Source of the DNA: Methanobacteriota archaeon | GTDB taxonomy: Archaea > Thermoplasmatota > Thermoplasmata > Methanomassiliicoccales > UBA472 | Reading direction: 5' to 3' | Assembly (NCBI GenBank): GCA_012729095.1 | Contig: JAAYDU010000008.1 | Coordinates: forward strand, 12,252 to 76,251 | DNA: 64,000 bases | Shown here: piece after piece, positions 54,243-63,430 of the stretch | How positions within the stretch are numbered: position 1 is the stretch's first letter | How the letters are laid out: every line of letters starts with the position of its first letter | Program-made: the position numbers and the translations under genes | The notes under the pieces: generated by a model | Seen by the model: only the letters and a program-made list of their open reading frames with translations | What the model was told of the DNA's origin: nothing | Database searches by the model: none

Positions 54243-54373
54243 TGGAAGTGGGTTACTACGACATGTATTAAATAACTTTCTAGGCAACAAATGTGCATCT
54301 ATGAGTAGACTATCTATGCATTTGTATATTTTCTAATATTTTAGGTATACAAATGAGTGTGTTTTTGATAATT

Positions 54374-55546
54374 TTATTGATTTTTGAGCAGACGAACCAA
54401 TTCATCGAGGATGACGCCTGGCTCCACAAGACCAGAGGTCCCTCCGCTGGCGAAGTTGGACTTGCCCCCTCCCCTTCCTCCATGCGGTGAGAGCAGGGTG
54501 TTGAGAAGGGACGCGCAGTCCAGCTTCATGTCCCCTGAACATGCCAGTACCAGGAACGTTCTGTCGTCCTGGCAGATCAGCGCCGCCACTGCACCTCCGG
54601 AGGCCACCATCTCGCTGGCCTTTTCCATCACAAGCTTGCGGTCAAGACCGGAGAAGGACCCCGAGAACAGTTTCCATTCCCCCACCTGCCGGGGCTGCAG
54701 TGAGGAGAGCGCCAGCTTCCCATACGTCCTCAGAGCTTCCCTGGCCCTGACCAGCTCCCGTTCCCGGTTGTCGAAGGCGGTCAGGCTGTCCCGGGGAAGG
54801 GATCCCATCCTCTCGGCCAACATCAGCGAGCGCACCGTGTGGTCAACTGCCAGGCTTACCGCGTCCGGACCCACCAGGAACTCTATCTCCCAATCCCCGG
54901 CCGGCTTGGCCGAGGTGAACTTGCTGACCAGGAGCATCCCGATCTCCTTGGCATCGCCCAGGTGCACTCCGGCGCAGGCCGCGCTGTCATGATCGCCGAT
55001 GCTCACCACCCGTACCATATCACCGCTTATGCGGTCCAGCTTCGCGCGCGGGCCGTCCTCCTTCATATCCCCCCGGGCGACCTGCTGACACCGGACCGCC
55101 GCTCCCTCGGCGATGATGGCGTTGACCTCCAGCACGGCATCCTTCACCAGGTCCCAGTCCAGATGCCCCTTCACGATCAGCACCTTCCTTTCTCGGGACA
55201 ATGATATCTTGACCAGCTCCAGCTCGGTGCGTTTGGACAGAGAGTGGAACAGCAGGTGCTCGCCCGTATGCGCCCTCATGAGAGCATAGCGATACTCCCA
55301 GTCCAGTTCCCCCTTGACCTTCGCGCCTACGGCCAGAGCGTGCCCGGGGACCTGATGGGATATCTCCTCCTTGCCCTTGACATCGGTGACCTGCAGCCCG
55401 TCGAGCTTGCCGCGGTCCCGCTCCTGACCCCCTCCGCCCGGATAGAAGACGGTGCGGTCCAGGACAACCCAGTCCCCTTCCACCTTGGTCACGGTGGCGG
55501 CGAACTCCTTGAGATACGGGTCGGACTGGTAAAGCTTCTCGGTCAT
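54374..55546 (-). CDS. alaX: Alanyl-tRNA editing protein AlaX-L (with DHHA1 domain)
   Basis: VFYPGGGGQ, HTGEHLL (HxxxH), CAGVH, and C-terminal GGRGGGKSNFASGG. Start trimmed to ATG 55546. Confidence 0.8.
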   Translation of the reverse strand: MTEKLYQSDPYLKEFAATVTKVEGDWVVLDRTVFYPGGGGQERDRGKLDGLQVTDVKGKEEISHQVPGHALAVGAKVKGELDWEYRYALMRAHTGEHLLFHSLSKRTELELVKISLSRERKVLIVKGHLDWDLVKDAVLEVNAIIAEGAAVRCQQVARGDMKEDGPRAKLDRISGDMVRVVSIGDHDSAACAGVHLGDAKEIGMLLVSKFTSAKPAGDWEIEFLVGPDAVSLAVDHTVRSLMLAERMGSLPRDSLTAFDNRERELVRAREALRTYGKLALSSLQPRQVGEWKLFSGSFSGLDRKLVMEKASEMVASGGAVAALICQDDRTFLVLACSGDMKLDCASLLNTLLSPHGGRGGGKSNFASGGTSGLVEPGVILDELVRLLKNQ

Positions 55547-55689
55547 GAACCGGGGATGGCGTAATTCCCGTAAATAGTCCACGCCGTGCTTATAAAAAGG
55601 CCGATTAGACAATTGCGCACATTGTTCATACACTTAAAAGACATATATCTAAGGAAGGCGTTTAGAGAAAGGAGAACAGGGCGTTGATC

Positions 55690-56154
55690 ATGCTCGACGA
55701 ATTGGACAAGAGGATCATCGAGGAGCTGTGCAGGTCCAGCCAGGGATCGTCAAGGGCCATAGCCAAGAGGCTGGGGATACATCCCACTACCCTCATACAG
55801 CGCGTGCGCAACCTGGAGAGCCAGAACGTGATACGCGGCTACCGAGCCAACGTTGACTACATGAAGCTGGGCTATGAGTTCATGGCCATAGTGCACATCT
55901 ACGTGGAAGGGGACCTCATAAACGTCCAGCAGAGCATAAAGGAACTGAAGAACGTGGTGGCGGTCCTGGACGTCACCGGCGAGTGTGATTCAATAGCCTG
56001 GGTGGCCTGTCGCTCCCGGGAGGAGTTCAGCCAGGTCGTCAAGTCCATGCTGACCATAAAGGGAGTGAAGAAGACCAACACCTACGTCATATTGAACGTG
56101 ATCAAGGACCCCTTCAACTTCCTGCCGGACTTTAGCCCGGTCGATCAGAAGTGA
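55690..56154 (+). CDS. Lrp/AsnC-family transcriptional regulator
   Basis: MLDELDKRIIEELCRSSQGSSRAIAKRLGIHPTTLIQRVRNLESQNVIRGY (HTH) plus a C-terminal RAM-type domain. Confidence 0.85.
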   Translation: MLDELDKRIIEELCRSSQGSSRAIAKRLGIHPTTLIQRVRNLESQNVIRGYRANVDYMKLGYEFMAIVHIYVEGDLINVQQSIKELKNVVAVLDVTGECDSIAWVACRSREEFSQVVKSMLTIKGVKKTNTYVILNVIKDPFNFLPDFSPVDQK

Positions 56155-56320
56155 TGGGGGCAATCCGCCCGCCTAGCTTTATATATCTTGGCAATGTGGA
56201 CGGTCAGATCCAATTAATTTGCCATTAATGGTCTTTTTGCCATTCGTACGGTAGATAAGGGTTTAATAGAGCATCCACGTTACTCCGCCTCACCGACCAT
56301 ATCCAACCAGAGGAATGGAA

Positions 56321-58135
56321 ATGTTAAGGACACACCATTGCGGAGAACTGACGAAAGGGGACCTTGGCAAGAGAGCGACCCTCGCCGGTTGGGTAAGGTT
56401 CTACAGGGACCATGGAGGAGTTCTGTTCTATGACATAGCGGACTCCCATGGGAGCACCCAGGCGGTGTTCGACCCTGTGGCCACCAACAGCGAGGACTTG
56501 GACCGGTTGGAGAAAGTCCTCAATAATATCGGTCGGGAGTACGTGATCACCGTCACTGGAGTAGTGCGGGACAGGGTGGAGGGCACCACCGACGCGCGTA
56601 ACCCCACGGGAGAGATAGAGGTGCTTATCGAGGACGCGAAGGTCCTTAACCGCTCCAAACCCATCCCGTTCGAGGTGGCCGAGCAGAAGAACTCCATGCT
56701 GCCCGGAGAGGACCTTAGGCTGAAGTACCGTTACCTGGACCTTCGCCGACGGGAGATGGGTTCCAACCTTCGCTTCCGTTCCAAGCTGATCTCCTGCGCC
56801 CGCCGTTATCTGGAGACGCAGGGGTTCATAGAGGTGGAGACGCCGATGCTCACCCGCAGCAGCCGGGAGGGCGCCAGGGACTTCCTGGTGCCGTCGCGCA
56901 ACATGCCCGGACAGTTCTACGCCCTGCCGCAATCGCCCCAGCTCTACAAGCAGATGCTGATGGTCGGCGGTGTGGAACGCTACTATCAGGTGGCGCGCTG
57001 CTTCCGTGACGAGGACAGCCGTGCGGACCGCCAGCCGGAGTTCACGCAACTTGATATGGAGATGTCCTTCGTGGAGATGGAGGACATCCTGAGCATGGTG
57101 GAGGGCATGTACGCCTATGTCTGGAAGGAGATGTTCGACGAGCACCTTCCCACGCCTTTCCCGCGCATAGAACTGAAGGACTCCCTGGCCAGGTACGGCA
57201 CCGACGCCCCGGACGTGCGTTTCGGGCTGGAGATGGAGGAGGTAACCGACCTGGTGAAGGACGCCCCGTACGAGATCTTCCAGAGGGTGCTGTCCAAGGG
57301 GGGCATGGTCACCTGCATCGATCTCAAGGGGTCCCTGATCAAGGAGCAGGACACGGACGGGTCGGTGGGCCGCAAGCAGGTGGACCGGCTCATAGATTGG
57401 GCCAAGTCACAGGGCATGGGAGGGCTCACCTGGATGCGCATGACCCCCGATGGGCTCTCCTCCAACATCGTCAAGTACTTCCCGGAGGAGGTGCGCCAAG
57501 CCATAGTGGAGCGCACGGACGCCCAGCCCGGGGACCTGCTGCTGTACCTGGCCGGCCCTAGGGAGACCGTGCTGAGGGCCGGAGGGCAGCTGCGCTTGAA
57601 GCTGGCCAAGGACCTGGGATTGTTGGAGGGCAAGGGGCATCAGTTCGTTTGGCTGGTGTCGTGCCCGCTGTTCCAGAAGGACCCGGCCACCGGCGGATTG
57701 ACGTCGTTCCACCATCCCTTCGTGAGGCCGGTGGGGGACGTGATCCCGGAGGGGAAGGATTGCGCCAATGGAATGGGGCACTCCTACGACCTGGTCTTCG
57801 ACGGAAGCGAGATAGGTTCCGGTTCCATGAGGAACCATGATCCGGAGATGCAGCGCAAGGTGTTCGGCATCCTGGGAATGGACGAGGCCACCATGCAGAA
57901 GGAGTTCGACTTCTTACTGGAGGCGCTGGAGTTCGGGGCACCCCCGCACGGAGGAGTGGGCATGGGCGTGGACCGCCTGTGCGCCATGCTCCTGGGATGC
58001 GAGAGCATACGCGACGTCATCGCCTTCCCGAAGAACAAGAAGTTCCAGTCCCTGGTGGACGGCGCGCCCACCAAGGTGGAGGAGGCGAAGCTCTCCGAGC
58101 TGCAGCTGCTCTGCCTGGCGGACGAGGACGATTAA
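56321..58135 (+). CDS. aspS: Aspartyl-tRNA synthetase, bacterial type (with GAD insertion domain)
   Basis: MLRTHHCGEL.., FRDEDSRADRQPEFTQLDME (motif 2), a ~130-aa insertion between motifs 2 and 3, and GAPPHGGVGMGVDRL (motif 3). GAGGA is 7 nt upstream of ATG 56321. ATG 56315 is an alternative start. Confidence 0.9.
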   Translation: MLRTHHCGELTKGDLGKRATLAGWVRFYRDHGGVLFYDIADSHGSTQAVFDPVATNSEDLDRLEKVLNNIGREYVITVTGVVRDRVEGTTDARNPTGEIEVLIEDAKVLNRSKPIPFEVAEQKNSMLPGEDLRLKYRYLDLRRREMGSNLRFRSKLISCARRYLETQGFIEVETPMLTRSSREGARDFLVPSRNMPGQFYALPQSPQLYKQMLMVGGVERYYQVARCFRDEDSRADRQPEFTQLDMEMSFVEMEDILSMVEGMYAYVWKEMFDEHLPTPFPRIELKDSLARYGTDAPDVRFGLEMEEVTDLVKDAPYEIFQRVLSKGGMVTCIDLKGSLIKEQDTDGSVGRKQVDRLIDWAKSQGMGGLTWMRMTPDGLSSNIVKYFPEEVRQAIVERTDAQPGDLLLYLAGPRETVLRAGGQLRLKLAKDLGLLEGKGHQFVWLVSCPLFQKDPATGGLTSFHHPFVRPVGDVIPEGKDCANGMGHSYDLVFDGSEIGSGSMRNHDPEMQRKVFGILGMDEATMQKEFDFLLEALEFGAPPHGGVGMGVDRLCAMLLGCESIRDVIAFPKNKKFQSLVDGAPTKVEEAKLSELQLLCLADEDD

Positions 58136-59466
58136 ACCCTTTTTTCCAATTCCTTCCTTACCCCTTCCACGACCTCCCTTGAGGAGTACCGGCCCTTGCT
58201 CTCCTTCATCACGTGCCCGATGACCGTGTTGGCCGCCTTGGGGTTCTTCCGATAATCGGCCAGGACCTCCGGGTGCTCGTCTATGAAATCGGAAATGAGC
58301 TTGCCGAGCCCGTCCCCTCCTTCGACGGCCGCCTCCTGCTGCACGCCCGCCAGGGACAGTATGCGGCGCTTGGCCTCCGTGTCGTTTATGAGGCCTTCCG
58401 AATCGTCCTTGACTATCCTCACTATGTCCGGCCACTTGGCCTGGTCCTGCAGCACCGCCCAGTTCCCGGATATCGGTCCAGTGGTCCAGCTGACCGCCCT
58501 TTCGGGAGGCACGTGCAGGCAAAGTTCCTCGAACAGGTCCGTGAGCGAGTGGGACGTCAGCACCAGCTGCTTGGCCGTGGCCTCCCCTATGCCGAAAGAG
58601 GCCACCAGGCGCTTGGCCCGGGCCAGAGGGGTCTCCTTGAGCTCCAGGTTCCTGGCCATCTCCCCGATCCGGAACTCGCCCAGGTCCGGCTCCCCGATGT
58701 AACCATAGTCCTCCTCGGTCTCCTTCTCCCTGGCGGATGTGGTGACCTTCCTTTCCTCGTCGAAGCGACGGGTCTCCCTGACAACCTTCTTGCCGGCCGC
58801 CAGCAGCTTGGACTGCCGGTTCGCTTCGAACCTCAGGGCCTTCTCCAGGTTGCGCAGGCCCTGCACGTTCTTCACCTCCACACGCTCCTCGCCCACCGAA
58901 AGGTTGGCGTCGACCCGCACGGTCTGCTCGTCCTGGGCTTCCAGGCCGCACAGGGAGCGCAGCTCCGTCACAAGCTGGTCTATCAGCGCCCTCGCCTCCT
59001 CGGGAGAGGTCAGGTCAGGCGCGGTGACGATCTCCACCAGCGGTATTCCGGACCGGTTGTAATCTACGAACGCTATCTCCTCCCCGGACCGGCCGACCCG
59101 TTTGATACGGCCGGGATCCTCTTCCAGATGCACGCGCCATATCCCGATGCGCCTTCCGTTGAGGTCGAAGTGGCCGTCCGTGCCCAGAGGGGATTCGTAC
59201 TGGGTGATCTGGAAGTTCTTGGGCAGGTCCGGATAGAAGTATGTCTTGCGGCTGAACCACACCCTTTCCTCGATCTTGCAGTCCAGGAACCTGGCTATGC
59301 TCAGCCCGGCCTCCAGGGCCTTGCGGTTGAGCGCGGGCCGCGACCCCGGATACCCGAGGCATACCGGGCACACGTTATGGTTAGGTTCCGCCGGGGCCGT
59401 CGGGCAGGAGCAGAACAGCTTGGACCTGGTCGGCAGCTGGAAATGCATCTCCAGCCCGATCTTCAT
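58132..59466 (-). CDS. gatB: Asp/Glu-tRNA amidotransferase subunit B
   Basis: MKIGLEMHFQLPTRSKLFCSC..NVCPVCLGYPG. Start ATG 59466 overlaps the gatA stop. The rest of the 843-aa track ORF is out-of-frame read-through over gatA. Confidence 0.9.
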   Translation of the reverse strand: MKIGLEMHFQLPTRSKLFCSCPTAPAEPNHNVCPVCLGYPGSRPALNRKALEAGLSIARFLDCKIEERVWFSRKTYFYPDLPKNFQITQYESPLGTDGHFDLNGRRIGIWRVHLEEDPGRIKRVGRSGEEIAFVDYNRSGIPLVEIVTAPDLTSPEEARALIDQLVTELRSLCGLEAQDEQTVRVDANLSVGEERVEVKNVQGLRNLEKALRFEANRQSKLLAAGKKVVRETRRFDEERKVTTSAREKETEEDYGYIGEPDLGEFRIGEMARNLELKETPLARAKRLVASFGIGEATAKQLVLTSHSLTDLFEELCLHVPPERAVSWTTGPISGNWAVLQDQAKWPDIVRIVKDDSEGLINDTEAKRRILSLAGVQQEAAVEGGDGLGKLISDFIDEHPEVLADYRKNPKAANTVIGHVMKESKGRYSSREVVEGVRKELEKRV

Positions 59467-60776
59467 AGGGACACCTCCGGGAAACGGTACTCGAACACGT
59501 TCTCCCAGGCCGAGGCCGCCTCCAGCAGGTCCAGCTCCTTCCAATGGTCGGCCACCATCTGCATGCCCACCGGCAATCCGGCGACGTAAGCGCACGGCAC
59601 CGATATATGCGGCATCCCGGTCAGGTTGGGGGGAACCGTGAGCACGTCGGCCCCGTACATCTCCAGCGGCTTCATGCGCCCGATCTCCTCGAAGCGGGGG
59701 GACACGAAGGGCATGGTGGGGGTGACCACCGCGTCGTGGTCCCTGAACACCTTGCGGTACTCTTCTATAAGGAGTTGCCTGACCGCCAGGGATTTCAGGT
59801 AATAGCGTGAGCGGAAGCCGACCATGCGGCAGAACGTCCCCAGCAGTATCCTTCTCTTGGCCTCGTCCCCGAAGCCCTCGGAGCGCACGCCGGTGAAGAA
59901 ATCGTTGAAGTGCTGGTCGAACTTCTCCTCCCGGCGGCCGAAGCGCATTCCGCAGTAACGGGCCAGGTTGGTGGACGCCTCCGATGTCGCCAGTATGTAA
60001 TAGGCCGGCAGGGCGAAGCGCAGGGAGCCCATGGAGACCTCGTGCACCTCCATGCCCATCCCCTTGAGCTTGCCCAGCGCTTCCTGGAAGGACGAGCGTA
60101 CCGAGGGGTCGAGGTTCTGCAGCGCTTCCCTGGGAACGGCCAGGGACGATGGCATCCTCCCCTTGCCGGCAAGGGCTGGTTGCGCGCAGGACGTGGGGTC
60201 CTTGGGGTCCGGTCCGGCCATGGTGCGGAAATGCCTTGCCACCAGCGATGCCGACCTGGATAGCAGGCCGACCTTGTCCAGGGAGTTGCCGTAATCGATC
60301 AGCCCGTAGCGTGAGACCCTGCCGTAGGTCGGCGTCAGGCCCACCACCCCGCAGAAGGACGCCGGTCCGGATATGGAGCCCCCGGTCGATACCCCGAGGG
60401 CTATGTGACCGGGTATCAGACATGCCGCTGCCCCGGCTCCCCCGGAGGAGCCGCCGCAGCTGCGCTCCCTGTCGAAGGGGTTGAGCGGTACCCCGTGGGC
60501 GGAGTTGGTGCTGAACGTTCCGAAACCGAACTCGTCCATAGTGGTCTTTCCCACAAGCTGGCCCCCAGAACCCTTCATCCTGCCTATGCAAGTGGCATCG
60601 AAGGGGGGACTGTAACCGTCCAGCACGGCAGATCCGGCCCTTGCCTGGAAACCATCCGCGCACAGGTTGTCCTTGGCCGAGAAGTGGAACTTGCCATCTT
60701 CAAGACCCTCCGCGACCTCGGTGAAGGCTAGGTGCTTGGTCTGGGCGTAACGGATTAGACCGTAAGTGTCGCTCAA
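59463..60776 (-). CDS. gatA: Asp/Glu-tRNA amidotransferase subunit A (amidase signature)
   Basis: GKTTMDEFGFG, and GGSSGGAGAAAC, the amidase signature. Confidence 0.9.
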   Translation of the reverse strand: MSDTYGLIRYAQTKHLAFTEVAEGLEDGKFHFSAKDNLCADGFQARAGSAVLDGYSPPFDATCIGRMKGSGGQLVGKTTMDEFGFGTFSTNSAHGVPLNPFDRERSCGGSSGGAGAAACLIPGHIALGVSTGGSISGPASFCGVVGLTPTYGRVSRYGLIDYGNSLDKVGLLSRSASLVARHFRTMAGPDPKDPTSCAQPALAGKGRMPSSLAVPREALQNLDPSVRSSFQEALGKLKGMGMEVHEVSMGSLRFALPAYYILATSEASTNLARYCGMRFGRREEKFDQHFNDFFTGVRSEGFGDEAKRRILLGTFCRMVGFRSRYYLKSLAVRQLLIEEYRKVFRDHDAVVTPTMPFVSPRFEEIGRMKPLEMYGADVLTVPPNLTGMPHISVPCAYVAGLPVGMQMVADHWKELDLLEAASAWENVFEYRFPEVSL

Positions 60777-61045
60777 GACAATCTGGGCCCCCTTACGTAT
60801 CCCTCATATGTTCCCATCTGCGCTTTGAGCGCCTGGGGGTCGATGTCTTGGGCCGGCTCGTCCTCCCGGAGAACATCGATCACCGGGATGGGGTTGAAGC
60901 TGTAGCTTTCGCCGGCAGGGGCCTCGTCCAGGACCGAGAAGCTGTTCAATATGTCGTCCAGGTCGTTGGCGTATCTCTCCATCTCCTCCTCGGTGAGGTT
61001 AAGCCTGGCCACCTTGGCCACCCGGGCTATGGTCTCTCGTTCCAT
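60773..61045 (-). CDS. gatC: Asp/Glu-tRNA amidotransferase subunit C
   Basis: IARVAKVARLNLTEEEMERYANDLDDILNSFSVL. Start trimmed to ATG 61045. Its stop overlaps the gatA start. Confidence 0.85.
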   Translation of the reverse strand: MERETIARVAKVARLNLTEEEMERYANDLDDILNSFSVLDEAPAGESYSFNPIPVIDVLREDEPAQDIDPQALKAQMGTYEGYVRGPRLS

Positions 61046-61150
61046 GCTGTCACATACCCTGCCGCGCTGCGGCGGTGGAGGTATAATATCGCATATTGTC
61101 AAAGTTTCGCATACCAGGTGGGATTAATAACCTGGGCCATACCGTTGGTG

Positions 61151-61576
61151 ATGAAGTTCCAGCTGTTCACCGACGGAGGGTCGCGCGGAAACCCGGGCGA
61201 CTCCGCGTACGCCTACATCGTACTGGACCAGGATGGCGAGGAGGTGGCCTCCGGGTCAAATTACCTGGGAGTGATGACCAACAACGAGGCGGAATACCAC
61301 GGGCTCTTGGCCGGGCTGAAGGAGCTGCTGAAGAGGGGAGCTGCCGAGGTCGATGTGTATATGGACTCCGAGCTGGTGATAAAGCAGCTGAAAGGTCAGT
61401 ACCGGGTAAAGGCCGCCAACCTGCTCCCATTGTACAGGGAGGCGGTGGGCATCCTCACGGATATGAAGGCCAAGGTCCATCACGTGCCCCGGGAGAACGA
61501 TATGATCGGCAAGGCCGACGCTTTGGTCAATTGGACCTTGGACCAACACAGGCTTGCAAGGCAGCTGAGGCGATGA
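61151..61576 (+). CDS. rnhA: Ribonuclease HI (type 1, archaeal short form)
   Basis: LFTDGGSRGNPG, TNNEAEYHGLLAGL and DSELVIKQL (DEDD catalytic set). GGTG sits just before ATG 61151. The upstream part of the track ORF is antisense to gatC. Confidence 0.8.
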   Translation: MKFQLFTDGGSRGNPGDSAYAYIVLDQDGEEVASGSNYLGVMTNNEAEYHGLLAGLKELLKRGAAEVDVYMDSELVIKQLKGQYRVKAANLLPLYREAVGILTDMKAKVHHVPRENDMIGKADALVNWTLDQHRLARQLRR

Positions 61577-61724
61577 ACCATCGTTCTAATCTGTTTGCAC
61601 CAGACAAATCATTAAATATGAGATGCTAAATGCACCGTCTGAGGCGTAAGGGGCCGGAGGCGATTTTCCTCCTAAACTCAACTCCCTTGTGATTTCCCCC
61701 CACATCTTCCGGCCCTGAACCCCC

Positions 61725-62972
61725 TCAAGCTCTTAGAACCGCCACCAGCTCCTCCGTTGGGACCAGTGATTGTTCTCCGCTGCGCATGTCCCTCAAGGTC
61801 ACGGAATCGCTCTGCAGCTCCTTCTCCCCGACGATGACCGCGTACCTGCTGGGGATCGTTGCAGCATACTTCAGGCTCTTTCCGATCCCTCTTCTCATAA
61901 GGTCCACATCTGCGGCTATGCCAGCGCGGCGAAGCTCCGATACCATCTGGAAGGCCTTGCTCCTTACGCTGTCGCCGATGGGCACCACGAACGCGGTCAC
62001 GCCGGGCTTGACGAACTCCACGCCCTCGGTCTGCAATGCCAGGAGGGTTCGGTCAAAGCCTATGGCGAAACCGGTGGAGAACACCTTCTCACCACCGAAC
62101 AGCTCCGAGAGCGAGTAGGAACCGCCGCCGCATATCTGCTTCTCAGCCCCCAGCTTGGGCGCGTCGACCTCGAAGACCATGCCGGTGTAGTACGCCAACC
62201 CCCGCACGACGCCCAGGTCCACGCTGACGTTGCTGAACCCCATGGCCAGGAGCATTTCGCACACCTGCCGTATGTAATCGCTGGCCGGCCCCTCCCGCGA
62301 GCCCAATACCGACACGGGCCCGATGATGTTGGTGGTGGATATGATCTCCTCGGCAGCCCTGGCATCCACCCCGGCCTGGGCCATGAGCCCCTCCGCCTCC
62401 GCATAGGCCTTCTTGTCCAGCTTCTGCAGGATCGGCAGGGCGGCGTCCCCGGAGACCCCGGCAGCGGCCAGCATCTCCTTCAGTATGCCGATGTGCCCGA
62501 TGCGTATGCGGTAGTCCTTGAGCCCGGTGCGCTCCAGGATGGCCGCCGCCAGCCCTATGGCCTCGGCGTCCGTCTCCGGGGTAGGGTTCCCGATTATCTC
62601 CGCCCCGAACTGGAAGAACTCCCGGTAACGGCCGGCCTGCGGCCTCTCGTATCGGAAGCACTGGCCGAAGTAGAACAGCTTCAGGGGGCGAGGCAAGGTG
62701 GCCAGGTCGTTGACGAAGAAGCGCATCACCGATGCGGTGAGCTCGGGCCTGAGGCATATCTCCCGGCCCCCCTTGTCCTGGAAGGCGTATATCTCCTCCA
62801 CCACCCCCGGGCCGGATTTCAGAGTGAACAGCTCGGTGTGCTCGAAGATTGGCGTGGCGATCTCCTTGAAGCCATGCAGGACCGCCTCCCTGCGCATCAT
62901 GCCCTCATGGTGGCGCCTGACCTCCATCTCCTCCGGGCCGAAATCCCTGGTGCCCCGGGGCCTTTGGATCAT
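61725..62972 (-). CDS. hisS: Histidyl-tRNA synthetase
   Basis: MIQRPRGTRDF, FRYERPQAGRYREFFQFG (motif 2), and GGGSY..GFAIGFDR (motif 3). Start trimmed to ATG 62972. Confidence 0.9.
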   Translation of the reverse strand: MIQRPRGTRDFGPEEMEVRRHHEGMMRREAVLHGFKEIATPIFEHTELFTLKSGPGVVEEIYAFQDKGGREICLRPELTASVMRFFVNDLATLPRPLKLFYFGQCFRYERPQAGRYREFFQFGAEIIGNPTPETDAEAIGLAAAILERTGLKDYRIRIGHIGILKEMLAAAGVSGDAALPILQKLDKKAYAEAEGLMAQAGVDARAAEEIISTTNIIGPVSVLGSREGPASDYIRQVCEMLLAMGFSNVSVDLGVVRGLAYYTGMVFEVDAPKLGAEKQICGGGSYSLSELFGGEKVFSTGFAIGFDRTLLALQTEGVEFVKPGVTAFVVPIGDSVRSKAFQMVSELRRAGIAADVDLMRRGIGKSLKYAATIPSRYAVIVGEKELQSDSVTLRDMRSGEQSLVPTEELVAVLRA

Positions 62973-63049
62973 GTGGCTTGAGATGGAAAGGTCGATAATA
63001 AACATTGCGAGAAGGGACCCAGCACAAATATGAATAACATGCTAGACCA

Positions 63050-63430
63050 TTGCTAGGGCGCATGATGGGCGATGATGACCTTCGCCGGAAGGAGCGTCTG
63101 CTGCGGGCGTGGGCGGACGACCTGGACCGCAAGGGATTTACAGATCTGCAGGTGAATTTGGAAAGGTTCCCTGTGAAACCACATGGCTTCGGCGAGCATG
63201 TGCCTGACGTGGTTGCCACGCGCGGGGACGGCCGTCGGCTGGTGGGGGAGATATGGTTATGCGAGTCGCTGGACAAGGATGATCGCATGTTCGCCCGGGC
63301 CATGAGCTACGCCTACCGGGGGGACGTGGTCATGCTGCTGGTGCCGTTCGACTGTCTGGACGAGGCGGAGGACATGGTGAGGGAGTGGGGCCTCTCCTCC
63401 GAGGTCTTCGTCCAGGCGATAATCGATTAG
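63050..63430 (+). CDS. Small hypothetical protein, possibly with a restriction-endonuclease-like fold
   Basis: 126-aa ORF. HVPDVVATRGDGRRLVGEIWLCES loosely resembles a PD..(D/E)x(K) core but lacks the Lys. No family recognised. Confidence 0.35.
   Translation: MLGRMMGDDDLRRKERLLRAWADDLDRKGFTDLQVNLERFPVKPHGFGEHVPDVVATRGDGRRLVGEIWLCESLDKDDRMFARAMSYAYRGDVVMLLVPFDCLDEAEDMVREWGLSSEVFVQAIID

Noticed and set aside
54243-54373. NrpR-type operator (GGAA-N6-TTCC) upstream of glnA.
   Set aside because: It is not present. The only GGAA (54244-54247) is not followed by TTCC at the right spacing. A different repeated motif is reported as a finding instead.
58132-60663. 843-aa ORF in the track that looks like one huge protein.
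   Set aside because: Only the C-terminal 444 aa (from MKIGLEMHFQL, ATG 59466) are GatB. The N-terminal half is Arg/Gly/Pro-rich and lies out of frame over gatA (59463..60776), which has a clear amidase signature.
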